Source: an uncultured virus (IMG/VR IMGVR_UViG_3300036802_000312) (lineage: Duplodnaviria > Heunggongvirae > Uroviricota > Caudoviricetes). From it: 57,962 nt of DNA. Below are positions 1 through 9,855 of the stretch, piece after piece. The stretch's first letter is position 1, and the number at the start of each line of letters is the position of its first letter. The stretch lies in IMG/VR virus record IMGVR_UViG_3300036802_000312; one strand, written 5' to 3'. The notes under the pieces were generated by a model, which worked only from the letters and a program-made list of their open reading frames with translations, had not been told where the DNA came from and did not search any database. The translations under genes and the position numbers were made by a program.

Positions 1-1
1 T

Positions 2-148
2 TATCCGATTCTTAATATCAGATAATGATTTATCTTTTGATAGTTCTACATCTTGTTTTTGACCAGTGAGTTCGTCGCATGAAAAACACTCTTCTCCATC
101 ACAATATGTTTTACAAATTGAACAGATAAGTATATTTACTATAGACAT
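2..148 (-). CDS. partial small Cys-rich protein running off the window edge
   Basis: Hand-translated MSIVNILICSICKTYCDGEECFSCDE...; two CxxC pairs; open to position 1. Confidence 0.45.
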   Translation of the reverse strand, partial: MSIVNILICSICKTYCDGEECFSCDELTGQKQDVELSKDKSLSDIKNRI

Positions 149-185
149 AGATTCACAACTTTTTATCTATACTTAACTGGTTAAT

Positions 186-1079
186 TCAAATGGAGTTAGA
201 CAATAGCTTCCCAACTTCTCGAAACGTGTCAGAAATGGAATCGTTTATAACCATCTGAAAACAACTATCAAGTTTCGTGGATTCTTGGTTTATAAGTACA
301 CTTTTCTTATAAGACGGGAAAAACATGGGGATTTCATTGATAGGAGCAACCTCAAGGGAAGTACCCAGGACAAGGAATAGATCCGATTGTGATGCACTTC
401 GCTTTGCCTCTTGAAAATATCGAATGGAATCTTGAAATAAAACTACGTCTGGTTTTAAGATGTGATTGCATCTAACTTCCCGCTTCTTTTTCCCTTTACA
501 TCGAATAGCTTCTTTTGTAATTCCGCGCAAATCATAACGAGTACCACATTCCGTACAATCAACATAATTGAAGGGGTGATTCGAGATTGGAATATAGTGA
601 TTACAAACATTCTCTTTGATTTCAATTTTTCGACAAGTCGGAATCTCGTGTTTGCGAATATAGTCCAAATCATAATCTTCGCCACAATTTGTACAATAGG
701 CAACTTTCATACTGCCATGTACCTCATAGACTTTCGAACTTCCTGCCATCTGATGTAACCCGTCTACATTTTGCGTAAAAATGGTTATGTCTTTGCCTTG
801 TGATTCAAGGTTGGCTAAAAATTGATGTCCAAAGTTCGGCTCATAATCCCCTGCTAATTTAATTCTGAAAATATTTTTGAATGCAATCCAAAACTTTTCT
901 TTATGCCGGTTAAAATACGATAAAGACATTATTTGTTGCCTGGACAAATTGTACGTCCAGATACCAGTTAATGACCGAAAATCGGGAATCGATGAATCTG
1001 TGCTTATCCCTGCACCTGTCAATACAGTTATCTTGTTAGCTTCTTGTATCCATTTCGCAAGGAGTTGATGATTGTCCAT
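186..1079 (-). CDS. cobB: Sir2/CobB-family NAD-dependent protein deacylase with expanded zinc-binding insert
   Basis: GAGISTxSxIPDFR, TQNVDGLH, HGS, KPDVVLF and GTSLEVAP motifs; SD GGAGG upstream. Confidence 0.93.
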   Translation of the reverse strand: MDNHQLLAKWIQEANKITVLTGAGISTDSSIPDFRSLTGIWTYNLSRQQIMSLSYFNRHKEKFWIAFKNIFRIKLAGDYEPNFGHQFLANLESQGKDITIFTQNVDGLHQMAGSSKVYEVHGSMKVAYCTNCGEDYDLDYIRKHEIPTCRKIEIKENVCNHYIPISNHPFNYVDCTECGTRYDLRGITKEAIRCKGKKKREVRCNHILKPDVVLFQDSIRYFQEAKRSASQSDLFLVLGTSLEVAPINEIPMFFPSYKKSVLINQESTKLDSCFQMVINDSISDTFREVGKLLSNSI

Positions 1080-1110
1080 ATACGCCTCGCCTCCTCTCTA
1101 TTCTGATTTA

Positions 1111-1395
1111 TTATAAAAGTACAAATCCTTGAACGTGACACCACTTCACAAGAAATTGACGCTTTACTAATTGATCGTAAAATTCCCAAACGAAATTTTT
1201 AGACTGTTTTTCAGCTTCGTCTCCACGTAAAATGGCATTTACGCCCCAATGCGCAACCGCTCGAACTTCAAGATTCGTATAAAATCCAATTCCTCGGTGG
1301 TTAACAAACGCTCGAATTTGATCCCCAGGTTGAAGGATCTTAGTAAACCGTTTCTCATTTCTACATTCCATAGACACCGAACGTATTTTTATCAT
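1111..1395 (-). CDS. hypothetical protein
   Basis: ORF; start moved to MIKIRS after an AAGGGG SD. Confidence 0.55.
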   Translation of the reverse strand: MIKIRSVSMECRNEKRFTKILQPGDQIRAFVNHRGIGFYTNLEVRAVAHWGVNAILRGDEAEKQSKNFVWEFYDQLVKRQFLVKWCHVQGFVLL

Positions 1396-1414
1396 TAATA
1401 CTGATTCCCCTTTT

Positions 1415-1723
1415 CTATTTAGACATCTTATAACGGTTCGAGTCGAACCATTTTCCAAAAATCATAAATGGAAATAAGGGAGTAAGGAAAAAAGCAAGAA
1501 TTAACCCTGTAAATTTCAAGAACATTGTAAACACATTTTCATTACTGTGACCAAAAAACGGCTCCGCTCTAAAAACAATAAACCCTACATAGAGAAAATG
1601 GAATAAAAATGACAAACCTACAATAATCATTAATTTATATTTAGGGTTGATACAAACACCACCTTTTAATTCAGATAAGCTCCCAATACTCTTTTGATTT
1701 ACGCAGAATCTTGTATTTAGCAC
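1415..1723 (-). CDS. small membrane protein (start uncertain)
   Basis: Two hydrophobic segments in the ORF. Confidence 0.5.
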   Translation of the reverse strand: MLNTRFCVNQKSIGSLSELKGGVCINPKYKLMIIVGLSFLFHFLYVGFIVFRAEPFFGHSNENVFTMFLKFTGLILAFFLTPLFPFMIFGKWFDSNRYKMSK

Positions 1724-1881
1724 AAAATTCTTGAGAATTAACGGTAATGATAAAATCTGACATTAACCGATGTAAACTTATATCTTCAGCCATTGAACCT
1801 CTTTCATACCCACACAAACATAACCAACATCTTTCAATGATTTCAATACATCATCTCCTTCGCAGAAGAACGTAAGTTTCT

Positions 1882-2079
1882 CTACTTATTGTTTTCAATA
1901 ACGTCAAGGATTTCATTGGTATAACAAATAAATGCATTTGCAAAATCCGCCTCTTCTTGTGTAATTGTTGCAGCATCATCATGTTGTTTTTCTTTAATAC
2001 TTTTAACTAAAGCAATTGAGGCATTAATCATATCGTTATAACTCTTGCTACCAACAACTAAATTAGATCTTTGAGTCAA
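1882..2079 (-). CDS. hypothetical protein
   Basis: ORF with AAGGGG SD and TTG start. Confidence 0.55.
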   Translation of the reverse strand: MTQRSNLVVGSKSYNDMINASIALVKSIKEKQHDDAATITQEEADFANAFICYTNEILDVIENNK

Positions 2080-2125
2080 ATAAATACCCCTTTCTATGGT
2101 TTGATTTTCATTTCAGCAATCTATA

Positions 2126-2251
2126 TTACTGTTGATTTCTTTTAGCTTTCCTTAGTTCTCGTCCCTCCTTCCAAACCTCTCTAAGAACTCTGAAAAAGAA
2201 AAGAGGGACTTGATACCACTTAACATTCGGTCCATTCATCATTGTAAACAT
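2126..2251 (-). CDS. 41-aa small protein, not in the ORF track
   Basis: GGAGGTGA SD, then MFTMMNGPNVKWYQVPLFFFRVLREVWKEGRELRKAKRNQQ*. Confidence 0.55.
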   Translation of the reverse strand: MFTMMNGPNVKWYQVPLFFFRVLREVWKEGRELRKAKRNQQ

Positions 2252-2404
2252 TCACCTCCGTATTTAGATTAGTTATGATTGATATCAACCATATTTGAAA
2301 TGATGAACTCATCATTCTATGAAAATTCACACTGGTCTGTCGTTATTTTACTTTTTTAAACAACTGAAATGCAACAATAAATAATATGCAACAAAATATA
2401 TTTT

Positions 2405-2420
2405 ATTGACTATAGTAATT
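2405..2420. promoter_or_regulatory. 16-bp palindromic operator, copy 1
   Basis: ATTGACTATAGTAATT; overlaps a minus-strand TGnTAGAAT extended -10. Confidence 0.65.
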
Positions 2421-2621
2421 CTAACACCCTTTGAATTAGTTGTATACATATAGCCTTAGTAGAAATGTAATGAACTTTTCAATATCTTTCTATCTGACTA
2501 ATTAGGAAAATTTAAATTCGGTTGAAGACGTTAGATTGAGAACGGGATTGAATACTATGTAAGAAAGGAAAAAGGGAAGGATGTAAAGAATCCTTCCCCT
2601 TGGGGTGATATAGCTTTTTGA

Positions 2622-3461
2622 TTACATGAGTGCATGAACCTCTGTTAATGCTTCACGAACTTTTTTTACATATTTCGTAGCCTTGCCATGTTTACGAAAG
2701 CCGCCAATTCCTTTATTGTAAGAACTCCATACGTATTCGTCCAATTGATTACCCATGACCCCTTTTTCTTCCCAGTAACTATACAATTCAGATAACTTGT
2801 ATGTCCCCCAATTGATATTGATATAGGGATCTAAAGGTTTATTAGGAGTATCAAGTTTCTCACTCAGTTCTTCATGATTAATTTTATTGACTTGAAAATA
2901 ACCGTAATCATTCGTTCCGCTTATTTCAGTTGGATCGTAGCCACTTTCATGTTTAATAACAGCTAATGTTTTTTCATAATCCAATCCTCTTTCTTGACTT
3001 AGCCTGTATAGATATTTTTGATGTTCCTTTGGTAGTGGAATCTCTTTATTATAAACAAATCCCGATGATTCTTTTTTCACTTTCACTTCCTTTGGAACGA
3101 TTGGCATTTCATTTGGTTTTGAAGCTTCCTTTTGAATCGGCTTGCCAGATGGTTCCGGTTGAGTATAGAACAGCTTTTCAACTTTCAATGATGTTCCCTC
3201 TTTATGAATCATGACAGTTGGAATTGCATTCATTTGCGGCACAATCTTTTTACTAATCGATTTCCCTGGTATTAATTGTTGTTCTTTCAATGCCGATACT
3301 GACATCGTGCTAACAGCTTCTACGCTTGTTGACTTTTGTTTAGAACTATTAGTATGCAGTAACCCGTAAGCAGTAGCTCCAGTAAGAAGACAAGCGAATA
3401 GTATAACGGTCATGACAATTTTATTTTTCTTTTGTTTCTGACATTCATTCTTTCTATTCAT
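2622..3461 (-). CDS. membrane-anchored lytic transglycosylase (SLT/lysozyme-like)
   Basis: N-terminal TM helix; HESGYDP (catalytic Glu), DYGYFQVN, NINWG and SYNKG motifs. Confidence 0.85.
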   Translation of the reverse strand: MNRKNECQKQKKNKIVMTVILFACLLTGATAYGLLHTNSSKQKSTSVEAVSTMSVSALKEQQLIPGKSISKKIVPQMNAIPTVMIHKEGTSLKVEKLFYTQPEPSGKPIQKEASKPNEMPIVPKEVKVKKESSGFVYNKEIPLPKEHQKYLYRLSQERGLDYEKTLAVIKHESGYDPTEISGTNDYGYFQVNKINHEELSEKLDTPNKPLDPYININWGTYKLSELYSYWEEKGVMGNQLDEYVWSSYNKGIGGFRKHGKATKYVKKVREALTEVHALM

Positions 3462-3590
3462 ATTATTCCTCCTAAATGTTGATTTTTAGATCACCCTGTT
3501 TTCCTTTAGCATCGTATATGTTATGCAGAAAGTGACAAAATACAAAGAATCATGTCTTGGATCCTGTCGAATCTTATATATCAGCAAATA

Positions 3591-3625
3591 AAAAGGAAGG
3601 CTCGTATAATACGAGCCTTCCTTTT
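3591..3625. terminator. bidirectional Rho-independent terminator
   Basis: Perfect inverted repeat AAAAGGAAGGCTCGTAT-A-ATACGAGCCTTCCTTTT. Confidence 0.8.
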
Positions 3626-3792
3626 GGGTTTATTTAAAGATAGCTAATAGCCTTCCATACCATATTTCTCAACAAAAATTTCTGATTCCGAATAAACATC
3701 AGACGTAACTAAACAATAGGGGATCATTCTTCCATCAATTGAGATGCCTTCACCAAGGTACATCCTCAATTCGAACATATTCATCAACCTTC

Positions 3793-4140
3793 CTATTCAA
3801 TCAAACCGATACAGGGTATTCCACCCTTGTTATAATTATAGTATTCACCATGATATCTCGCAGCTAACTTACCATTGCTGTATGCTTCAGTCATCGGTTT
3901 TAATGGAGCTTCACATCCACAAGTACATAGCCGTTCTTCAAAAAACGGAGTAATTCTCCAACTTGCTTTCATGTAAGACTCGCTAATTGTTAAAACAGTA
4001 TTTTCATCTGTTCCCCAATAAAATCTTCCGTTTCGTTTTACAATATATCCACTATCAAACATTTCAGCAATTTGACCATCTTTCAGAGAATCAATAACTT
4101 GACCAAAAGATAAATTATAATCTTTATCCATAGTATTCAC
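3793..4140 (-). CDS. phage-type hypothetical protein, DUF2829/Tad2-like N-terminus and CxCGC C-terminus
   Basis: LSFGQVIDSLKDG start, SWRI, CTCGC. Confidence 0.5.
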   Translation of the reverse strand: MNTMDKDYNLSFGQVIDSLKDGQIAEMFDSGYIVKRNGRFYWGTDENTVLTISESYMKASWRITPFFEERLCTCGCEAPLKPMTEAYSNGKLAARYHGEYYNYNKGGIPCIGLIE

Positions 4141-4242
4141 TCCTATTTTCTTAGAATATTATTGATCATTGTATTTACTTGTTCATCTAAAAAAGAAATC
4201 CATTTTTTATAACTCTCGTATTTAATTGCAACGGATCCTCAT

Positions 4243-4473
4243 TTATTCATAAAAGGTTCCTTTATTATTTTGAAATGATCTGATTTTTAATGCCGCCTGT
4301 TGGTACATACTCAAATGTTTTGGAGAAACTCCAAGTGCGCCCATCAATACGGCAATGTCATGATCATCTCTTATCTTATTCATATTTCGATTTAATATCT
4401 GAATCAACTCTTCTTCATTTAGATTTAAAAGCTCTTTATGAGTTAACGAGAAATTATCAATAATACCGATCAC
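4243..4473 (-). CDS. hypothetical protein
   Basis: ORF coupled to the upstream gene, GAGGAG SD. Confidence 0.55.
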   Translation of the reverse strand: MIGIIDNFSLTHKELLNLNEEELIQILNRNMNKIRDDHDIAVLMGALGVSPKHLSMYQQAALKIRSFQNNKGTFYE

Positions 4474-5060
4474 TCCTCTACTTGAAAAAACTTGATATAT
4501 GAATCGAAATCCTTATCAAGAAGTTCCAGTGACAATTTTACAGAACGCCCATATTCATGATAATTCTTTTTATAATAAGGATATTTTCCTTTGAAATTAG
4601 GGTTTTCCACCAAGGTGTTATGCACACTACGTTGAAGTCTTTCGATAATAAATTTTTCGCTCGGCTTTAATTGATCCACATCGATTTTTGAAAAGTAATT
4701 TTTAATAATTGAATCGAACCATCCGTAAATAAGCATGTTTCGATCAAATGTATCTTCCGGAAAAATTGTTAAAAATTCCTTCGGAACTCGTTTTCTGGCT
4801 TCATCAATAAGGGTGCTATCATGAGGAAGAGACGTTGGATAATCCATCAAGACTCCTTCACAAGCGTTGAAAACAGACGAAAACTCTTCTAAATCTTTGC
4901 ACACCTTTGCAATTCGCTCAAGAATAATCCGTTCCTGCTTTTCAAATTCTAACTCTAATGCATAGCGATAAATTATCATCACACTTCGTAGAATTTTAAC
5001 GATTTTCTTATCTTGTGATTTAATAGCGATTGTCACGTTCAGCATCCTCTCATTTTGCAC
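4470..5060 (-). CDS. hypothetical protein
   Basis: 196-aa ORF in operon orientation. Confidence 0.6.
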   Translation of the reverse strand: MQNERMLNVTIAIKSQDKKIVKILRSVMIIYRYALELEFEKQERIILERIAKVCKDLEEFSSVFNACEGVLMDYPTSLPHDSTLIDEARKRVPKEFLTIFPEDTFDRNMLIYGWFDSIIKNYFSKIDVDQLKPSEKFIIERLQRSVHNTLVENPNFKGKYPYYKKNYHEYGRSVKLSLELLDKDFDSYIKFFQVEE

Positions 5061-5177
5061 TATTCGAGTATAAAGAATCCTTCTAACTGTTTTCGATATT
5101 TAATCGAATACCTTTGCTGTTACAAATGAATTAAAGTAGATCAATTCTCCATTTGAACCCTTGATCTTGTACAAGAT

Positions 5178-5411
5178 TCATAGTCCTTTTTCACTTGGTG
5201 AATAACGATCTATTATTTGCTTGAGTATATGAGGCGCTAAAAACATCCATGATTTATTGTGCTTTACAAGATTTTGAAAGTTCGGAGAATTATTATTCTT
5301 CTTTGCATTCTCCCAAGCCGCATCCATCCTCTTCAATGTTACGCCATTATCAAAACACCATGCTTTTGCAGCATTCATATGTTCCAGGTTTTTAACCGTC
5401 ATTGGATTCAT
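5178..5411 (-). CDS. hypothetical protein
   Basis: ORF with GAGGGA SD. Confidence 0.6.
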   Translation of the reverse strand: MNPMTVKNLEHMNAAKAWCFDNGVTLKRMDAAWENAKKNNNSPNFQNLVKHNKSWMFLAPHILKQIIDRYSPSEKGL

Positions 5412-5429
5412 TCCCTCTCTTCATTCCTA

Positions 5430-5615
5430 TCAATAATTGCTTCTTGAACCTTTAGATATTGCAAATGCTACCAATGCAATTGCAAAGGTAACACCGCCTA
5501 CAAGAGATAATGAAAAAGCAAGTCCGTGTAGCATCCACATTCTAAAAAAGAACATAAGGTTGATAATCACCATCGTAATAACAATCATCAATTCACGTAA
5601 TTCATCGCTTTTCAT
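5430..5615 (-). CDS. small two-TM membrane protein
   Basis: Start moved to MKSDELRE after an AAGGGA SD; hydrophobic. Confidence 0.55.
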   Translation of the reverse strand: MKSDELRELMIVITMVIINLMFFFRMWMLHGLAFSLSLVGGVTFAIALVAFAISKGSRSNY

Positions 5616-5629
5616 CTTTAATTCCCTTT

Positions 5630-5920
5630 TTACCAACATGGATCCAGTAATAATCGATGACCATTTCGAGCACAACTTGCAATTCGTTGTAATTCATCAC
5701 ATGGTTTATCTCTTAAGCAATGAGTGCTAAAATCCCTTTCACTTGGGGGTGATTGTAAATTCCCTTCTGTAATCACTCGTCCCTCTTTTTCATTGATGTC
5801 CGTTTCAAAATAATCGTTGATACACCCAACACATGCGGTAAGAGTAAAATAGGATATTACTTCACGACAATTACCACACATTGCAATTGGATCTGCACTC
5901 ATAAAATCCATCCTCCTCAA
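5630..5920 (-). CDS. Cys-rich hypothetical protein
   Basis: CxxC..CxxC pairs; GAGGAGG SD. Confidence 0.5.
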   Translation of the reverse strand: MRRMDFMSADPIAMCGNCREVISYFTLTACVGCINDYFETDINEKEGRVITEGNLQSPPSERDFSTHCLRDKPCDELQRIASCARNGHRLLLDPCW

Positions 5921-5940
5921 AAATTGAAATATAAAAGTTC

Positions 5941-5974
5941 AACCTGATTTGTACTAAACTCTTTATCTTATGCA
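5941..5974 (-). promoter_or_regulatory. SigE/SigK-like promoter plus conserved leader element
   Basis: Minus strand TGCATAAGATAAAGAGTTTAGTACAAATCAGGTT, between a terminator and an SD. Confidence 0.6.
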
Positions 5975-6022
5975 TTTTCAATAAAATAAAAAGCTCACTT
6001 GAACAGCGAGCTTCCTATTTCT

Positions 6023-6325
6023 TTATTTGATAATTTCATTTTTTTTGTGTTCGTCTTTTCTTTCCCAGAGAATTAGATTAAAAAATCTCCAAGTAAATTT
6101 ACATATAGGTACAATGAAAATCTTACAAAACAAATAAATGACATATAAAATTCCGAAAATAAAGAACAATGGAAGGTTAATAATACCTATTAAGATATGA
6201 TAAACTTTAAAAGGATTTGGAAGCTTAAATAATTTATCTTCCCCTTCGTCTAAAAATGCAGAATTCTCCATGAATAATACTTTTGCGCCAACACAAAACC
6301 ATACAATCATTCCAATCACCCACAT
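6023..6325 (-). CDS. small membrane protein
   Basis: Hydrophobic ORF, AAGGAG SD. Confidence 0.65.
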   Translation of the reverse strand: MWVIGMIVWFCVGAKVLFMENSAFLDEGEDKLFKLPNPFKVYHILIGIINLPLFFIFGILYVIYLFCKIFIVPICKFTWRFFNLILWERKDEHKKNEIIK

Positions 6326-6380
6326 GTTTTACTAATCTCCTTCGCTATTTTAAATATGTTTAAGAAAACACAAGTATTTA

Positions 6381-6424
6381 ATTGCCTATAGTCAATGGTA
6401 ACAAAATCAGTTGTTTATTGTCAA
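6381..6424 (-). promoter_or_regulatory. sigmaA promoter with palindromic operator copy 2
   Basis: TTGACA-18-TACCAT with TG extension; ATTGCCTATAGTCAAT at 6381-6396 covers the -10/TSS. Confidence 0.75.
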
Positions 6425-6582
6425 TGAAATATATATGTTTCACTATAAAAAAGAAGCCCATCCGTTATAGAAGGGCTTCTTTTTTTGATTACATGTTTAA
6501 GATGAGCTATCTTCATTTTTCTTAAACAAGAGTGAGTTTTTTCTTATCCTCTTATTTAAGTAACATATCCAAATCAATCTTA

Positions 6583-7647
6583 CTATTGACGGAACCTCTC
6601 TGTTAAGATCGTGCAATTAATACCCGATTTTTCAACTATTTCATTCAGATTGACTCCATTATCCATTGGAATTTGCAACAAATCTCCTACGAATAATATT
6701 CGGATGTTACTTGCCAGCCCAAGAAGTCTAATTAGTGCAGGTCTATTAATTATTTGCGGTTCATGAATAACAAGCAAATCTCCCATTAATTCTTCATTGC
6801 CGGATTGATGCACATTTTTAATTCTTTTACTTAAACGATATAATAAATTCAATCTGCTTTTAGCTGAGCCTGAGAATATATGAATATTCGCACCAGGTTT
6901 ATATTTTTCCAAACACTCAATAATAGTTTTAAGTGTGAACGTTACACCTGTACCTGCATGACCAGCGATTAAACTCACATTGCTTTGTAGAGCCATCTGA
7001 ATTGCTCCTATTTGCTGAGATGTAAGATCATGCGAACCGTTCTTATCTTGCTTAATATATGATTGAATCTCCTCAACGCTAAGAATTGGATCTTGGTTTA
7101 TGCTGTTTTTAGCCACGAGTAAATCAATCAATGTTTGATTATCTTCTCCCAGGATACGTGCTAAAGAAGGTTTATACCTTTTTTCAATACGTTTCTTTGC
7201 ATTTTTCCGAACTTCGATAGAACAATGTTCTAAACGGCTTATATCCATATTGTCTAACAAATCACACGCTTTTCCCATGCGAGAGATGATATCCAACATC
7301 GTTCTCTCAATAAATTCAGAATAGGTTTCACCTTCTCTTCTTGTGAAGCCATCCACACCTCTTACAATATCTTCTTCAATACCTTCAGCTCGAAGCATAT
7401 CAAATGTAACAGGATTGGGTTGATCTTTAGTGTCCTCAACCGTATCATGCAAAATACAAGCACAAATAACCTTGTATACTACCTCATCTGTAATATCTTT
7501 AAAAATTGGATACTTACGAACTTTATAGACATTCATTGCTACACGCATTGGATGAAATATATAGGGCTTTCCCCCCTTATCGTTGATACCGCTATGCGCT
7601 TTTGTTGCAATAATAATAGCTTTGTCCAATTGAGTTAACTGAGTCAC
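6583..7647 (-). CDS. HD-domain hydrolase (RelA/SpoT/Mesh1-like) fused to a degenerate RecD2-like AAA_30 module
   Basis: AH..G..DKGGKPYIFHP, LHDTVED and K..DLLDN; C-terminal GHAGTGVT, LLVIHE, FVGDLLQIP and LTERFRQ; GTG start after AAGGGAG. Confidence 0.8.
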   Translation of the reverse strand: MTQLTQLDKAIIIATKAHSGINDKGGKPYIFHPMRVAMNVYKVRKYPIFKDITDEVVYKVICACILHDTVEDTKDQPNPVTFDMLRAEGIEEDIVRGVDGFTRREGETYSEFIERTMLDIISRMGKACDLLDNMDISRLEHCSIEVRKNAKKRIEKRYKPSLARILGEDNQTLIDLLVAKNSINQDPILSVEEIQSYIKQDKNGSHDLTSQQIGAIQMALQSNVSLIAGHAGTGVTFTLKTIIECLEKYKPGANIHIFSGSAKSRLNLLYRLSKRIKNVHQSGNEELMGDLLVIHEPQIINRPALIRLLGLASNIRILFVGDLLQIPMDNGVNLNEIVEKSGINCTILTERFRQ

Positions 7648-7697
7648 GTTACTCGCTCCCTTTATTGAATATATTTTAAAAAACTTCAATTTCACTT

Positions 7698-8048
7698 TCA
7701 GTCTATAGTTAAACACCAATGTAAAAAATAAAGTACAACGATTATTGATGCGTTAATTAATAAGCCATAGATTAATCCAAATCGTTCAATATTCAAAGAT
7801 ACACCTATTATTAGTATTATAATTAATGATAGATTTAATCCTATTCTACCATAAGGAATAGGTTTCCTCTCATCTTTCCTTTTGCTTTTTGTCAATTTGA
7901 TCCAATTGGAAATTAAATTTTGTTCTAATTCTGAAAGATCTGATTTAGAATCTGAATATATCTCATTTTCAGCTACAAAAATATAAGAACCATCTTCCTG
8001 TTTTACCTGAAACCCTTTAACCACGTTCCTCATATTATGATCCTCCAA
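7698..8048 (-). CDS. membrane protein
   Basis: Two C-terminal TM segments; GGAGG SD. Confidence 0.6.
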   Translation of the reverse strand: MEDHNMRNVVKGFQVKQEDGSYIFVAENEIYSDSKSDLSELEQNLISNWIKLTKSKRKDERKPIPYGRIGLNLSLIIILIIGVSLNIERFGLIYGLLINASIIVVLYFLHWCLTID

Positions 8049-8062
8049 TCTGATTCATCTAA

Positions 8063-8398
8063 TTACAAAAACAATTCAGGATTAAAAATCATTTCCAATT
8101 TATGATTTCCTTCTTGATGCATAGCTAATCCATCGAATATATCGCCGATTTTTATTAATCCTTTTTCGATAAGAAAATCTAATGAATTAAAACTATTTAA
8201 CACGCCAATTAAGGAACAATATATACCTCGCATAAAATCATAACGAATGACCCATACATTCTCTGTTCCATTTGAAAGTAAGTCGCCAACCCATAGCTTT
8301 TGTTGATTTTCCTCTGTCCTTGAAGTCATCGGTACAAGAACATAGCGATCTCTCCGACCAATTGCATTTAAATATACGCCTTCTTCACCCTGCTTCAA
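8063..8398 (-). CDS. YopX-like phage protein
   Basis: LWVGDLL..VIRYD..IKIGDIFD resembles the YopX C-terminal pattern. Confidence 0.45.
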   Translation of the reverse strand: MKQGEEGVYLNAIGRRDRYVLVPMTSRTEENQQKLWVGDLLSNGTENVWVIRYDFMRGIYCSLIGVLNSFNSLDFLIEKGLIKIGDIFDGLAMHQEGNHKLEMIFNPELFL

Positions 8399-8501
8399 TT
8401 CTTTTATATCAGAGATGTCGTTATACGTAGTAAGCGCATATTGACTCTATTCAAGAATTTTCTTTTCAAGTGTGTCCCAAACTTTGAAACAACCTAATTG
8501 T

Positions 8502-8957
8502 TCATTCACGATTGATAGCCTCCTTCAAGGTATCCATAAGTTTTTCGTGATACTTCTCAATCTGATTCCACTCTATTAATTTTTCTACTTTTCTTACCAA
8601 GTAATTCATAATGTCACTAAAATAATTAGCTGGATCAACTACAATAGAGGCTTTGAAAACATAAGTATATCTGTCTTTTTTCAAAAAGCTCATAGCTACT
8701 ATCCTAACTGCCTGAAAAGTTCTATCGTCTTCACTGAATAAAAGGTATAGATCATTGAATTGATTAAAGTAAGACAATTGTTCATCTAACATTTTTCCCA
8801 AATGTCCGTTCAAACCATACGCAATTGTGAACTCCAGACTGGAACCTTCATTTTTCAAACTAACGCAATCATGTTCCAAAATCGTCTTACTTGAAATCAT
8901 CTGTCGCCCACTTGCTTCAATAAGTTTGATTGAATGATTCATTATGTTCGCCTCCAA
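8502..8957 (-). CDS. hypothetical protein
   Basis: ORF with GGAGG SD. Confidence 0.6.
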   Translation of the reverse strand: MEANIMNHSIKLIEASGRQMISSKTILEHDCVSLKNEGSSLEFTIAYGLNGHLGKMLDEQLSYFNQFNDLYLLFSEDDRTFQAVRIVAMSFLKKDRYTYVFKASIVVDPANYFSDIMNYLVRKVEKLIEWNQIEKYHEKLMDTLKEAINRE

Positions 8958-8977
8958 ATATTTGATATAAATGTATC

Positions 8978-9012
8978 AACCTAATTTGTTTAAATCTCAT
9001 TTATGATATGCA
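8978..9012 (-). promoter_or_regulatory. SigE/SigK-like promoter plus conserved leader element
   Basis: Minus strand TGCATATCATAAATGAGATTTAAACAAATTAGGTT; TTTTATT lies 14 bp upstream of CATA. Confidence 0.6.
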
Positions 9013-9067
9013 AAATTATTCTTAAATAAAAAGAAACCCCCACTTTCAAAGCGGGAGTAACTCATGA

Positions 9068-9211
9068 TTACTGAATCTCTGTGTAATATTTTCCATGGTT
9101 CAAATTGATGTTTAAACCTCTTTCGATTTTTTCTGCTTTCTCATCTGTTTCACAAGGAAATTCATTAACGATTTTATCCCCTTCAATTTCCTTAACCAGT
9201 ACCTTTGGCAT
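9068..9211 (-). CDS. 47-aa phage-type small protein, not in the ORF track
   Basis: AGGAGGGG SD; MPKVLVKEIEGDKIVNEFPCETDEKAEKIERGLNINLNHGKYYTEIQ*. Confidence 0.7.
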   Translation of the reverse strand: MPKVLVKEIEGDKIVNEFPCETDEKAEKIERGLNINLNHGKYYTEIQ

Positions 9212-9245
9212 CTTTTTTCCCCTCCTGTTTTATGAGAGATTTTTA

Positions 9246-9602
9246 TTAACGAAATCGTAAATCCCCGCAATTCATTTTCTGAGGATATGAATAACGTTCT
9301 ATTTGGCATTCTAATGCGCAAACTTTTCCAACAAAACCAGATGGAAGAACTACCGTCAAATCATATTTTTGAATCTCTAAGATTGGTAATTGAAACAATC
9401 CATAATGCTTTTCTCAAACAGCATATTGCTCAATTACATGATTGAATCGCCATTTATCGTATAGTGACCATTCAGTATTCTCAGACACGATATACCACTT
9501 ACTTCGATCTATGGGATTCGACTGAACAGCATGTTTTCGTCCCTGCTTCAATCCAACTTCATTGAAAGCGTCAATACATTCAACAATCGAACGATCTAAC
9601 AT
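9246..9602 (-). pseudogene. hypothetical gene interrupted by an in-frame TGA
   Basis: AGGAGG SD plus MLDRSIV...; TGA at 9414-9416, then 55 more open codons in the same frame. Confidence 0.5.
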
Positions 9603-9618
9603 ATCGATTCCTCCTAAT

Positions 9619-9831
9619 TCATTTACTACAATCGCAATGTTTTGCTTTTTTTCCGCATTCAGTACATGTTGGATTTTCGATGTGAAACTGAACATCATCT
9701 AAAGCGCCTTCAATTTCGGATTTCTGTTCATCTAACTTCTCAAGTTTATCCAGAAGAATTTTCTCTGTTTTTTCTAAACAAGATAGACACATCAAATCAG
9801 CAAACATAGAACCTTCACATGTACATTCCAT
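9619..9831 (-). CDS. small Cys-rich coiled-coil protein
   Basis: CxC/CxxC motifs at both ends; AAGGAG SD. Confidence 0.6.
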   Translation of the reverse strand: MECTCEGSMFADLMCLSCLEKTEKILLDKLEKLDEQKSEIEGALDDVQFHIENPTCTECGKKAKHCDCSK

Positions 9832-9855
9832 TTTTTCTTAGCTCCTTTAATAGTG

